A program made the position numbers and the translations under genes. This document shows, in pieces, positions 51,505 through 64,000 of a stretch of DNA of 64,000 nucleotides; within the stretch, counting starts at the first letter, position 1, and every line of letters begins with the position of its first letter. Source of the DNA: Eledone cirrhosa (lineage: Eukaryota); contig OZ024746.1 in the NCBI GenBank assembly GCA_964016885.1, positions 49,910,001 through 49,974,000 of the forward strand, in the 5' to 3' direction. Below the pieces are notes generated by a model, which saw nothing but the letters and a program-made list of their open reading frames with translations, had not been told where the DNA came from and made no database searches.

Positions 51505-54500
51505 CTTTTTTTTTTTTTCAAATTCAATGATGTTCCAGAACAATATAAAAGAGATAATTGGCAATTTAGGTTCTGGAACAAAAAAGATCATTGGCAATAA
51601 GGGCAGGGGCCCCAGGTTATCACAGCCTGGGCCCGCTCGTCATCGTGCCATTGTAATAGAGCCAAACAAGGCATTTAGTCTTGGCTTCTGGAACGTACGG
51701 ACGCTGCTTGACAGGGATTCCTTGGGGCGTCCTGAACGAAGGACCGCTCTTGTTGCAAAGGAGCTTCGACGTTACGATCTTGACATCGTGGCTTTATCTG
51801 AGACGAGGCTAGCTGGAGATGGCCATCTTACGGAATTTTGTGGAGAATATACATTCTTCTGGAAAGGAAGAGATGAAGGAACCAGAAGAGAGGCTGGGGT
51901 AGGATTTGCTGTTAAGACTGTGCTTGTGAACAAATTAGAAGAATTCCCAGTAGGGATTAGTGAGCGTCTTATGTCCATGAGAGTTCCGCTGGACAAGGGA
52001 AGATATGCTACCCTGGTGAGTGTGTATGCTCCAACTATGAGTTCTGTCGATGAGGAAAAGGTGTCCTTTTACCATGGCTTGAAAGGTGTTTTAAGAAATA
52101 TCCTTCAGGCAGACAAAGTCATCGTGCTTGGTGACTTTAATGCTAGAGTGGGTAGGGATTTTAACACATGGAATGTAATCGGAAGGCATGGGGTGGGAAA
52201 GTGTAACAGCAATGGTATGCTCCTGCTGCAGATGTGTGAGGAGCTGGATCTGTGTGTTACCAACACCATGTTCCAACAAAAGAACAAATTCAAGACCACA
52301 TGGATGCATCCTGCATCTAAGGAATGGCATCTTTTGTACTACGTCCTAGTCAGGATGCGTGACAGACAGGATGTGCAGTGTGTTCGTGTTCTTCGTGGAG
52401 CTGAGTGCTGGACGGACCACCGCCTGGTACGCGCAAAAGTGAAACTAATCACTAAACGTAAAATCCGGGCTCCTGGTGTTGCCTTGCCCAAAATATTGAA
52501 TGCTGCTCGTCTTAAGGATAAAAATGTGAAGAGGACATTGTAAGAAGATATGCAGGCTGCAGATCTTGGTGAGGATTGGCCGACCCTTAAAAAGTCGGTT
52601 TATGATGTAGGCAGACGTGTTCTGGAATTGGCGCAGAGGAAACATCAGGACTGGTTTGATGAGAATGATGTACATATAGAAGACTTGTTGGCTGATAAGA
52701 GGCGTGCTCTGTCACGCTACTTGACGGCAAAACCACAGGAGAGGAATACGTTGCATGAGGAACTCAGGGATGTAAAATCACGTGTTAGGCGGAGTCTTTC
52801 TCAGATGAAGGATCAGTGGTGGAGTGAGAAGGCTGCTGAGATACAAACTGCGTCTGATTCCAATAACACAAAGCTGTCGTACAGTCTCTTGCGTGAGGTT
52901 TATGGACCGTCTTCTTCTGGTGACACCGCTTCGCAGCAAGGATGGCAAAGAACTTCTTCGTGACTCACAAGGAATTCTACGAAGGTGGCGAGAGCACTTC
53001 GATGATCTTTTGAATCAGCCGTCTGTCGTCAGTGAAGATTTCCTCAATCTCATTCCAGAAAGTCCTGTGAAAGTATCTCTCGCAGAACCTCCGACGCTTG
53101 TGGAGGTTGCAGTGGCTATTTCGAAGCTGAACAGTGGAAGATCTCCAGGTATGGATGGCATACATGCTGAGCTCCTACAATATGGTGGTGAGAGACTCCT
53201 GCAACATCTTCACTCTTTGTTTGGCAGGATATGGGCTAATGAATCCGTACCTGAGGACTGGAGAGATGCAGTAATGGTGGTCTTGTACAAGGGAAATGGT
53301 AACAGGAATGATTGTGGGAACTGCAGAGGTATATCATTGCTTTCTGTCGTAGGGAAAGTTTTATGTGGGGTGCTTCTGGACCGTCTGCTGACACACATTG
53401 CAGATTGTGTTCTTCCTGAAAGTTAATCTGGTTTTCGTGCTGGACGCGGCACTACTGATATGATCTTCTCAGCTAGACAGCTCCAGGAGAAGTGCATGGA
53501 ACAAGGCTTGGATCTGTATCAGGTTTTTGTCGATCTGACAAAAGCTTTCGATACTGTTAACAGAGATGCATTATGGAAGGTTCTCCAGAAACTTGGTTGC
53601 CCTGATAAGTTCCTTGCTTTAGTTAGGTCTTTCCATGACGACATGAAGGCTTGGGTTAATGTCGGAGGTAACATGTCGGAGCCTATCTCAGTAAAAAATG
53701 GAGTGAAACAGGGGGATATTCCAGCACCGACCCTGTTTGCCATATACTTTGCAATGGTTTTCTGTATTGCATTCAGGAATTGCGAGCATGGTGTTTACAT
53801 CCGATATCGAACCTCAGGCATCATATTTAACATCAGGCGCTTTGCTGCGAAGACAAAACTATTTACATCAATCATAAGAGACCTCTTGTATGCAGATGAT
53901 TGCGATCTTGTAGCGCACACAGAGAGTGATATGCAGCACATTTTGAATGCATTTTCTGACGCTTCCACTGCCCTAGGTCTGACTGTCAGTCTCAAGAAAA
54001 CCGTCGTAATGTACCAACCTGCCCCTGGTAAGCAGTACACTGAACCAAACATCTATGTGTATGGCAAACGACTTGGAGTGGTTGATCAGTTTGTCTACCT
54101 GGGGAGCACTGTCAATCGATACAGCAACATTGACAGTAAAATCTCACTTAGGATTAGGAAAGCAAGTGATGCTTTCGGAAAGCTAGAAATGCGACTCTGG
54201 GGTCGGCGAGACATATGCAGGAGGACAAAGGTAAAGGTGTACAGGGCATGTGTGCTCTCTTGTCTTCTTTATGCCTGCGAGACCTGGGTCACATCACACC
54301 ACCTTAAGCAATTGGAGCGTTTCCATCAGATGTGTCTCAGACGGATCCATGGCGTTCACTGGAGGGACCACATCAGTGATGTCGAGATTTTGGAGAGCTC
54401 TATGTGTGACAGTATAGAAGCTCTTGTGCTTAAGCAACGACTCCGTTGGAGTGGTCACCTTGCCAGGATGAAGGATTCTAGAATACCAAAACAACTCTTT

Positions 54501-55075
54501 TATGGAGAGTTGGTTAAAGGAAAACGACTGCCACATAAACCAAAAAAGAGGTATAAGGATTCCCTGAAAGCCTCTCTGAAAGACGCTAACATCTCTGCTG
54601 ATACATGGGAGAATATTGCTGCTGATCGTAATAAATGGAGAAAGACTGTATATGAGGGAAAAGTTGCCTTTGAGGCATCTCGAATCGCATACGAGAAAGT
54701 AAAGCGGGACGTGAGGAAGGGCATTGCTGTTGCACTTCCAGACGGCGAGGGTCCTCCTATGGTGCTGACATGCAGCGTATGTGCGAGACTCTGCCTAAGC
54801 AAAGCTGGACTCGAAAGTCATCTTCGCAGTCATAAAGTAAGACCAGTGGTTGACTACCAGGCTGCTGTTGGAGATGCTACTCATCATGCTTGCCAAACAT
54901 GTGGTAGAGAATGTAAATCAGCAGGAGGGCTCAAGCGACATGCAAAAGTACACAAACTCCAACCACAGCCGACTATTCCCAGTGAATGTTTTGGTTGCCG
55001 ACTCTGTGCAAGACATTTTAGATCATTGGCTGGGCTAAAAAGCCACATTCGATCGCAGCGCTGTTAGTTGCTATC
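51505..55075 (+). mobile_element. RTE-clade LINE: APE + RT + three C-terminal C2H2 fingers; inactivated
   Basis: WNVRTL..RPERRTALVAKEL, LSETR, GDFN, WTDH, FVDLTKAFD, GVKQG, LYADD; stops at 52543 and 53426, frameshift ~52920; CSVC..HLRSH, CQTC..HAKVH, CRLC..H. Confidence 0.93.
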
Positions 55076-55760
55076 GTGTGTATGTGTGTGTGTGTAGATA
55101 TGCTTATGTGTGTGCGTGTGTGTGTATATATATATGTATATGTATATTATTATTGTTGTTGTCGTTATTATTATTGTTGTTATTATTATTATTATTATTG
55201 TTATTAATGTATGTGTGTGTGTATATGTGTGTCTGAGTGTGTGTGTGTGTATGTGTGTATGTGTGTGTGTATGTATATATATATATATATACATATGTAA
55301 ATATGATAATAATGGAGCTGCGGCGCTGCAAATGGGTTACATATGAAAAAGTTTGTCCTCATCAGTGGCCATCCAACCGTCGTAGGCATTTCGTCGCATT
55401 AAAGGCCATATACCTCAGGCTGGTGCGAGCAACGGCTAAAAAAAAGTCGTAGGGACACGTAAATAAAGGGGACGCTAGGGTAAACAAACAAAATGGTTTA
55501 AGCAGCAGAAAGTGATGAAGAAGGAAACAAGTCCCAGATTTCTATGAATATAAATTCGGTGGAATCGTGAACGAGAGAATAAAGACCATCAAACCTGGTT
55601 GAAATGTGAGCAAGGAAGGAATTTCGCACAGGTCTAACGGGAGGAAGAAAGGGTCTGGTCTGTGAATTCGGTAAACATAAGTTCTGTGAAGTCGCAGACG
55701 AGAGAGAAAAAAAATTCATACCGGCTTGATATTTTTTTTTTTTCATTTTTATTTTATTTT

Positions 55761-55796
<36 letters not shown>

Positions 55797-56788
55797 TTTT
55801 TTTATTTTTTTTAAATTTCTCCTCGTGCAATGGCCATACTCGATAACGAGGGGGCAGCCATCATCATGTATGTATGTATGTATGTATGTATGTATGTATG
55901 TATGTATGTATGTATGTATGTATGTATGTATGTATGTATGAATGCAAAACCTTTGTCTGGTTTCAAGAGCCACATTCGTGCCTCACATTTTTGAACATTT
56001 TATCAGGCGATGACAATGCTCGAACACGATTTTGCCGCCATCATGTATATATGTATATATATAAATATATATATGTGTGTTTGTGTGTGTGTGAGTATGT
56101 GTGTGTGTGAGAGTATGTGTGTGTGTGTGAGTGTGTGTGTTTGTGAATAGTGATATAAATGTGCATCTTTTTATATAAAAAGGTAGTTTACCTCTTCAAT
56201 AATAGATAGACATAGTTAATATAGTTAATATGTATCAAATAGAAATAAGTATTTCGTGCGAAATGATGTACGAAAATCGTTTGAAGCCGTGCCCCAATGA
56301 CAGCATTCCATTTTCTATGTTTGCAGCACGCCATAAGGCTATTCCGAAAACACATCAACCTTTTTTAATAAATTAAAACTATGTATTCGTCATGGAAAAA
56401 CAATGGTTACCGTTAAGGGTACACCTTGTCAAGGAAGACCAATGAGACAACTCTTAATTAAATATTGAATAGAGACAGCCTGTGTGGTGTGAGTTTATAC
56501 TTTGTTAATTATGCTTAGAACAGTTTGGTCATGTTCTGGTCTTATTAAACTTCGTCAGTAAAGAATAGTTTTACTTGTAATCACCAGATCTTAGAACGAA
56601 TGAGAGATTATATAGATTTTCAATGGAAAAAAAAACACTCCTTAATTTGGCAATTTAAACAATGACATAGGAAAATTTCGCAGGGGTGTCTTCTGCGTGA
56701 AGAACATAGAGTTAAATGTATGTATGTTAGTGTATGTGTGTGGGGAGGTTAACATAATGTCTGCCTATCTGTCTATCTATCTATCTCA

Positions 56789-58560
56789 TTGAAAGACATC
56801 GAAAATGTCGTCAGTTTTGAAAACACGATGTCGGACGTTGATTGTAACATCAACACTAACACAAACACCAATAACATGCAAAATATAAGCAACACGAACC
56901 AGAACAACAACAACAACAAAAATGACAACAAGAACAACAACAGCAACAATGATAACAATAACACCACTAACAACAATAGCAACACGAACAACTCCACGAA
57001 CAAGGAAGAGATTTCCTTTGCGCAAACCGTCCAAAAGACGGAACTGTTCACATACCTTGACATTTCCAATGCTAGGGAAATGTTAAGCGATGCAAAACAG
57101 TACGTAACTTGTGGTGAGAGTGGTGCTTTCAGCATCACTTCTCCTCAACAGTAAACGCAGAGAAACTGTTCTAAAAACAGTAATTTTTAGGACGGTTTCA
57201 AATGTGTCGAAAAAACCAGTTCAATTATCCCAAAACGATATTGAACTGGTTCTGAAGAATTCCATGAAGGATATTGCCTTCATCCAAAAAGGGAAACTTT
57301 TTGGAAGCATTTCGGTGTTGTTGAAAGACCAATTGACAGCACAAAAATATTCTGTATCGCCGATTGTGTCCCCGCTTTACACCTTTTTCCCCACATATAT
57401 GGGAAAAAGAACACAAAAAATAAAAATGTTGAACATTGCACCAAATGTAAACGTCTGGTGGATTCTAACTGGCTTCATCGATTTCGTCGAAGACACCATC
57501 ATTTCGGTGGGAAAGTCGTCTAGAGGCACATTCAATGGTACAAGCATGGAAGTTCTGGTTCAAATGAGGCCAGAACGGATAGCTAAAATACCCCAACGTG
57601 TGCCTCTGGATGAAATTTCACACATAAACATTTCTGTTGAGGGTAGGCGGCCTTCATGTTACCACTGTTTAAGCAGTGGTCACCTGAAGGCTTACTGTCC
57701 TCAGTTAAACTACAAAAAAAGAGGCACTACTGCCAACACCCAAAACAACAACACAACCACCAGCACCAGCACCACCACCACCACCACCACAACAACAACA
57801 ACAACAAGAACAGGCAAACCCAACCAAAACAAGAACAACAAACCAACCTGCAAGCACAGTCCCACCCAGCCCCACTCCACCTAAAACCACTGCAAAAACA
57901 CTCACAAACACAACAGCTCCCCCAAAACATACCCCTTCCAAATAACACAGACACCACAACGGACGAGGCCCCCACATCATCACCAGGTGACGAAAAGAAA
58001 GAAGAAAAGACACCACAAGAACAAAAAAACAACAAACATCACTACAAACCTACAACCACCAACACAAACAGCACAAACATTACAAGCAAAAACCCCCTGT
58101 CCCGAAAACAAAACCACGACATCACTCCAAACAAACACCTACAACACAACGAAAGCTCCCACAAGAACAACAGACAAAAACCACCGCAACACAAAAAGAA
58201 CATTACACATACATAAAAAGTAAAAACAAAACTTTAATGGCGGTCATATCCAACGACGAAGGGAAAACTTTTTCGAACTGTGTAGACAAATCTAATTTAA
58301 AGAAGATTAGGGTCCCTACGGACACCTATAAGTCTTTAAAGGGAAAATTTCCTAAGGACGTGGGTAATCCTTGTGTTAAACCCATTAACCGCGTCCTTTT
58401 AAAAACTTTCCCCACCCTCACCCGAGACACACCCCTCCAGACACCCCACCCCACCAAACATCTCCGTCCCCACCCCGCCGGAAACCACCACCCACCCAGA
58501 CAACCTCTCTAACACCCCCATGGAAACCGTGCGGCCTGATCCCCGGGAGACGAAGAGGTG
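56789..58560 (+). pseudogene. Tx1-like ORF1 (Asn-rich N-terminus, CCHC knuckle, Thr/Pro-rich tail), frameshifted
   Basis: EEISFAQ, TVIFRTVS, ISVEGRRPSCYHC, KGKFPKDVG parallel family C ORF1. Confidence 0.8.
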
Positions 58561-58598
58561 AGTGTTTTCTTCTCCTCTTTTAACTTTTCAGAACCAAC

Positions 58599-61500
58599 AT
58601 GATCAATATAAGAGTTCGATGTGTGAATGTACGCGGCCTGGGGATGCCCTGGAAACAGGGAAAACTCTTACACGACCTCAGGTTGCACAGTATGGATGTA
58701 GTAGCCATTTGCGAGTCCAGGATCCACAGCGAGCGACAGCTGGTCCCCATCTTCGATGACTTTGAGATCTACGCATCTCTCTGTCGGCCGGGGGGCGGCG
58801 GCGGGGTTGCCGTTTTGCTGGGGAAACACCTGGGCCTCGTAACGCAGACGGTACATCTGGACCCGTAGGGTCGACTGGTGGTCCTAGACGTTGACGGTAG
58901 TGAAGGTGGAGCCTTCAGGCTGGTGGCCGCATATGCCCCACCCGGGATACCGCGGCCAGACTTCTTCAAACGTCTAGAGACTTTTCTGGGAACGTCCCAC
59001 TCCTTGCTTTTAGTGGGGGACTGGAATGGAATCCTAGATGCACGTTGGGACTATGTGGGAGCATGTCCCGATAAAGGGGGGTGTAACAGCCTCAAACAGT
59101 TAATCGACCGATTTGACCTGGCCGATAGATATCGACTAGATTTTCCGACTGCGCCACTGTGGACGTGGAGTAATCGTAGCGGAACATCTAGATCCTACCT
59201 ATCTAGTTAGAAATAAGGATAGAGGCATGTTAAGCTCTCCACAAATGTTCATTGTTGCCTATTCAGATCAGAAACTAGTGACCTGCATGGTCAAGCTTGA
59301 TAGAACCCATGGACAAGGACCCGCCTACTGGAAGCTGAACTTGTCGTTACCGACATGCAAAGCCTACAGTAGACGGATTAGCACTTTAGTTAAACGGCAC
59401 TTGAGAGGGGCCATTGTCAACAACAGATGGTGGTACTCTCTCAAGAGGGCAGTTAGATTAGACTCGTTAGTTTTTAGTAAAGAATTAGCGTTAGATAGAA
59501 ATAGAACTGAGAAGGAACTGGTAGATAAATTAGAAGAGGCAATTAGAAGTGGCAACGTAGCCAGCGTGCTAGCAACGAGAACGGCCTTGGATCAGTTTTT
59601 CGACGCAAAGCACGAGGGCTGCGTTGTCAGAAGCAAAATACGTGCTATGGGAAACGAGGGAGCCAAAGCTGTTAGCTGGGCCCGAGTGACGGAGGCAAAA
59701 AGTGGCAACAAGTCCACGATTCGATCTTTGAAGGACCAACACGGACGCGTGATACGTGAGCCGAAGCAGATGTGTGCGGCCTTTCAGCGGCACTTTGCTC
59801 AACTGTTCGGGCAGGGCGGCGCGCCGGAAGGGGCTATGGATTTTGGTCCATACCGCGACGACCTACCGCGACTCTCGAACAGCGAGGCAAAGTTCTGCGA
59901 AAAGCCGATTTCGACCGCTGGGATAGGGGACGAGCTGAGCCAATGCGGCAAACGCAAATCTCCAGGTCTCGACGATCTACCCTACGAATTTTACGTAGCA
60001 ATGCCGAACTTATTCTCCGGTCTCCTGGAAGCGGTCTACTGCAACTGGCAACAGAACGGGAGAATTTCTAGTTTTTTGAACGGGGGAGTAATCACACTAG
60101 TCAGGAAGGACGAGAATAAGGGGGATGACATAGGCAACTTCCGGCCCATAACTCTGCTAAACACAGAATTACAGATTTTGGCCAAGGTGTTGACAAAGAG
60201 GCTGGCGCTTGTCGTCGAGAACCTGGTGGGAGAAGAGCAGACATGCAATCCCGACCAGGTCCATACACGACAACCTCCACTTCATGCGATAAATCATAGA
60301 TAGGGTAGGGTGTAAACCCGAGTTCGGTGGGGCCCTGATCAACTTGGATCAGTCTAAGGCTTTCGGTAGGGTTGACCATCGTAACCTGGATGCAGTGCTC
60401 GAGGCTGCAGGCTTCGGACCCGTGTTCAGGGGCTGGATTGCTGCAATGCACAACAGCAACATCTGCTCAAGGGTCAAGGTGAACGGCTACCTTTCAGAGC
60501 CGTTCGAAATCACGCGATCCATTCGACAGGGATGCCCTCTCTCCTCCCTTCTGTACGTACTGACTCTCGAGCCACTACTGCGGAAGTTTGAGCTATTGCA
60601 GGGCCTCCCTCTGGAACCGGGACTGCGGAAAGCGGCGTCGACTACGCCGACGACGTGACAGTAATGGTGTCGAGCGCCTCGCAAATCGAGGAAGTCGGCA
60701 CCTTACTGAAGGAATACGAAAGGTTCACAGGAGCGAAGCTGAACCGAGACAAGTCCATCGGTTTGCAACTGGGATCGTGGAGAGGCAGACCGATGCCTTC
60801 CGATGGCGTCGTCGGACGCTGGACGGAAGGACCGGTAAAGCTGCTCGGATCTGGTTTGGTCCGGACCTCAAGGTGGAGAAGAACTGGACCGAGGTGACTG
60901 CCAAGGTGTTTGCACTCACCCAGAAGTGGGTCGAGTGCAAACTATCCTTGAAAGATCGAGCGGAATTGGCGAACACTTTTATAGCGTCCGCATCTACTAC
61001 CGCTTGACCCTCGTGCCTTGTCCAGCCAAAACGCTCGCCAAAATGGAGCGCGCGCTCTTCCAATTCCTTTGGAAGAGGCGGGCTCCTTTGGTGAGAAAAT
61101 CCATCTGCTGCCAACACCCTTCCAACGGAGGGCTGGGGATCCCGTGGCTGACGATGCGCAAACACGCGCTCAGGCTGCGGCATCTCTACGTATTCCTCAC
61201 CGGACAACCAGTGTGGGCCTCATTCGTGAGGCGAGCCTTCCAACGCACTCGTCTCGCTGACCGAGCTGCAGTCCTGGGTCAAGAAAAGACCGAGGAAAAT
61301 GGGCGACTGGCACATCGAATGTGCTCAGGCGCTCACAGCCCTCTGGCAAATGGACTCGGCGATCAGTGGAGACTCCACTTCGTCATTCTATAGAGGGTTG
61401 GTCTGCAGCAAGTGCGACGACGCGCTCGGAGAAACTCTAGGCGTAGAGGAAGACGAACTGGTCAGTCTGTTCGGTAGGACCTTCCGCCCGGGACCGATGG

Positions 61501-62023
61501 ACAACTTCCAAAAGTCCCTGGCCTGGCAGTGCTACCGAGGAGCTCTACCAGTTCGTGACAAGCTCTACAGACATGGGCGCCCGGCAGGGACCCTGCAAAA
61601 AAGATCTGTCCGAGGTGGGTGCGAGACGAAGAAACCTTCGCGCACGCATTCATACACTGCCCGGGCGTCACCGACCTGTGGGGCTATGTAAAACGACTAT
61701 TGTCGCGGGTAGAACCAATCCAGTTGACCACCGAGTCCATTGTCATGATCAAACCGCCACCCTCCTTAAAAAACGAAGGAGAGGCGGTTTTCCTTTGTGT
61801 GATAGCTATGGCGAAAGAGGTTGTATGGTGGACATGGTTGAAAGGGCTGAGGTCAGACACCTTTCTCTCCGGCCAACAACTGATCCTTTTTTTCAAATAC
61901 CACTCTGGAAGAAGAATCAGGATGGAGAGAGAGGTGCTCTACCCCACCAAGTTTTATGAAAGGTGGGTGAAAGTGGCGAGAATGGCCCGAGTGAATGGGC
62001 CTTCTCTCTATATAAGCCTGTAG
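58599..62023 (+). pseudogene. Tx1-like ORF2 (APE + RT), multiple disruptions
   Basis: NVRGL, GDWNG, YWKLN, RPITLLN, DQSKAF, RQGCPLS, tacgccgacgac (YADD), GGLGIP. Confidence 0.92.
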
Positions 62024-62268
62024 GTTGAGGAAAAAGAGGAGGAGAGGAAAGGAGTACAAACTCTTTGTACTCCTGGAGATGAGGGTTGCACATTTTTTTT
62101 TCGGCGGTATGTGTTACCCATACGTAACGTCTCCCCCTATTGGGGAAAATCGACTAATTTTTAAATTGTATTTGTGATAATATTTTACACATTTTTATTG
62201 TATGTAAACCCCCCCCCCCTTTGTATTTGTCCCCTTCTTTTTGTGCCCTTGTATCTAATAAAGAAACA

Positions 62269-62317
<49 letters not shown>

Positions 62318-62326
62318 GCCTGTCTA

Positions 62327-62358
<32 letters not shown>

Positions 62359-62365
62359 TCTATCT

Positions 62366-62585
62366 CTTCGTACTCCTGGAGATGAGGGTTGCACATTTTT
62401 TTCGGGGGTATGTGTTACCCATATAAACTGTCTCCCTCTATTGGGGAAACTCGACTAACTTTTAAATTCCATCTGTGATAACATTTTACACGTTTTTATT
62501 GTATGTAAACTTCCCCCTTTGTATTTGTCCCCTTCTTTTGTGCCCCTGTGGCTAATAAAGAAATATATATATCTATCTATCTATC
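62366..62585 (+). mobile_element. Second family D 3' end in the (ATCT)n tail of the first
   Basis: Diverged repeat of ~62065-62275; closer to the 48400 copy. Confidence 0.88.
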
Positions 62586-62918
62586 TGCTTGTAAAAAAAA
62601 GTATCACGTTGAATACGGTTCATTGACACAAAGATCGGCAGCACTACACCAGTGACGAGTAATCCTCAATAACAAACCACAGGAATTCAAATTCTTCAAC
62701 ATGTGCATATTTTTACTTGATGAATTGCTTGCATTGTGCTTACAGTTGCTAGACGAAGATTTCAACATATCTTCATATTTCAACTTGTATCGCCCATCGT
62801 GTCATACACATAGATACATACATTCACATACGATACACAGGAGATGTTTTATTCAGACATATAATTCAAACGTTCTTGAAATAGTGATATGTTGATGATT
62901 AACCGACTGTGTGGTATT

Positions 62919-63739
62919 TAGAAGTTGATTAATCATAACAAGTTCCGAGTTAATAAGCAACTGTTTTCTTACATAACAGCTGCTATCATATTGTAACATA
63001 TGAATAACTATTATTGGGAGTATCGGTAGAGGGTCGGACGCCATGCTTTCCAGCATAGTTACGTCCCTTTATGATCTGAGTTCAAATCCCGCCGAGGTTG
63101 ACTTTGCCTTTCATCCTTACGGGGTCGATAAAATAAAGTACCAGTAATGCACTGGGTGATTGCTGGCCTTGTGCCTAAAGTAGAAACAATTATTAAAACT
63201 AATCGTGCGCACACACGCGTTTAGTCAAGTACCCACGTAGGTGTAGAGATAGACAGACACACAAACACAACTCACATATGCTCTCACACGGGGTATTGTC
63301 TATGTCATATATATATATGCCAAGTGGTGCTATTAAGTTAGACGTGGCATGGGCTAATACTGGCCGAAACCTATCAAAGTTATCAAAGTCAAAGTTTAAA
63401 GTTCATATATATATATATATATATAAACTTTAAACTTTGACTTTGATAACTTTGATAGGTTTCGGCCAGTATTAGCCCAGGCCATGTCTAACTTAATAGC
63501 ACCACTTGGCATATATATATATATATATATGACATAGACAATACCCCGTGTGAGAGCATATGTGAGTTGTGTTTGTGTGTCTGTCTATCTCCACACCTAC
63601 GTGGGTACTTGACTAAACGCGTGTGTGCGCACGATTAGTTTTAATAATAGTTATTCATATGTTACAATATGATAGCAGCTGTTATGTAAGAAAACAGTTG
63701 CTTATTAACTCGGAACTTGTTATGATTAATCAACTTCTA
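62919..63739. repeat. Long inverted repeat centred on (TA)n
   Basis: 62919-63015 plus 63195-63404 are the reverse complement of ~63426-63739. Confidence 0.93.
63016..63194 (+). mobile_element. tRNA-derived SINE in the left arm of the palindrome
   Basis: Absent from the right arm; attatt at both junctions. Confidence 0.92.
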
Positions 63740-63801
63740 TTTGATATATATTTATCTATATCGAGCCCTGTTTGGATTTTAGTCTTCAAATTTATTATTA
63801 T

Positions 63802-63997
<196 letters not shown>

Positions 63998-64000
63998 GTG

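Larger units (their letters stand above)
56786..62275 (+). mobile_element. Tx1/L1-like element (family D), degraded, flanked by (ATCT)n
   Basis: ORF1 with CYHCLSSGHLKAYC; ORF2 homologous to family C; AATAAAGAAA then (TATC)n; ctatctatctatct at the 5' junction. Confidence 0.92.

Noticed and set aside
55355-55400. Hammerhead-like CTGATGA and GAAA on the minus strand
   Set aside because: Stem II and stem I do not pair.
55498-55730. Possible CR1/L2-like 3' fragment on the minus strand
   Set aside because: Resemblance too weak to support without a search.
63340-63385. GGCC-GAAA-CCTATC resembling an HHR half
   Set aside because: No CUGANGA core upstream in either arm.

Overview
AT-rich, microsatellite-dense animal DNA. 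The SINE family and repeat landscape suggest a cephalopod such as Octopus (inference). I find no supportable host exon; almost everything is retroelement-derived. 1-19.3 kb is a nest of R4/Dong-like RLE non-LTR elements (two families sharing one ~0.7 kb 5' leader) plus a Tx1/L1-like element, all bounded by (TAA)n. 19-34 kb holds tRNA-derived SINEs, a Tc1/mariner-type MITE, simple repeats and small (TA)n-inserted structured elements. One of these is a ~460-bp non-coding unit carrying a minimal hammerhead ribozyme (HHR) in tandem and inverted copies (retrozyme-like). 35-43 kb is a young Penelope-like element (RT + C-terminal GIY-YIG) in tandem plus inverted arrangement, with an HHR in each pseudo-LTR. 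51-62.6 kb contains a degraded RTE and a second Tx1-like family associated with (ATCT)n. 62.9-63.7 kb is a (TA)n-centred palindrome with a SINE in only one arm. All calls come from reading by eye; boundaries are approximate.
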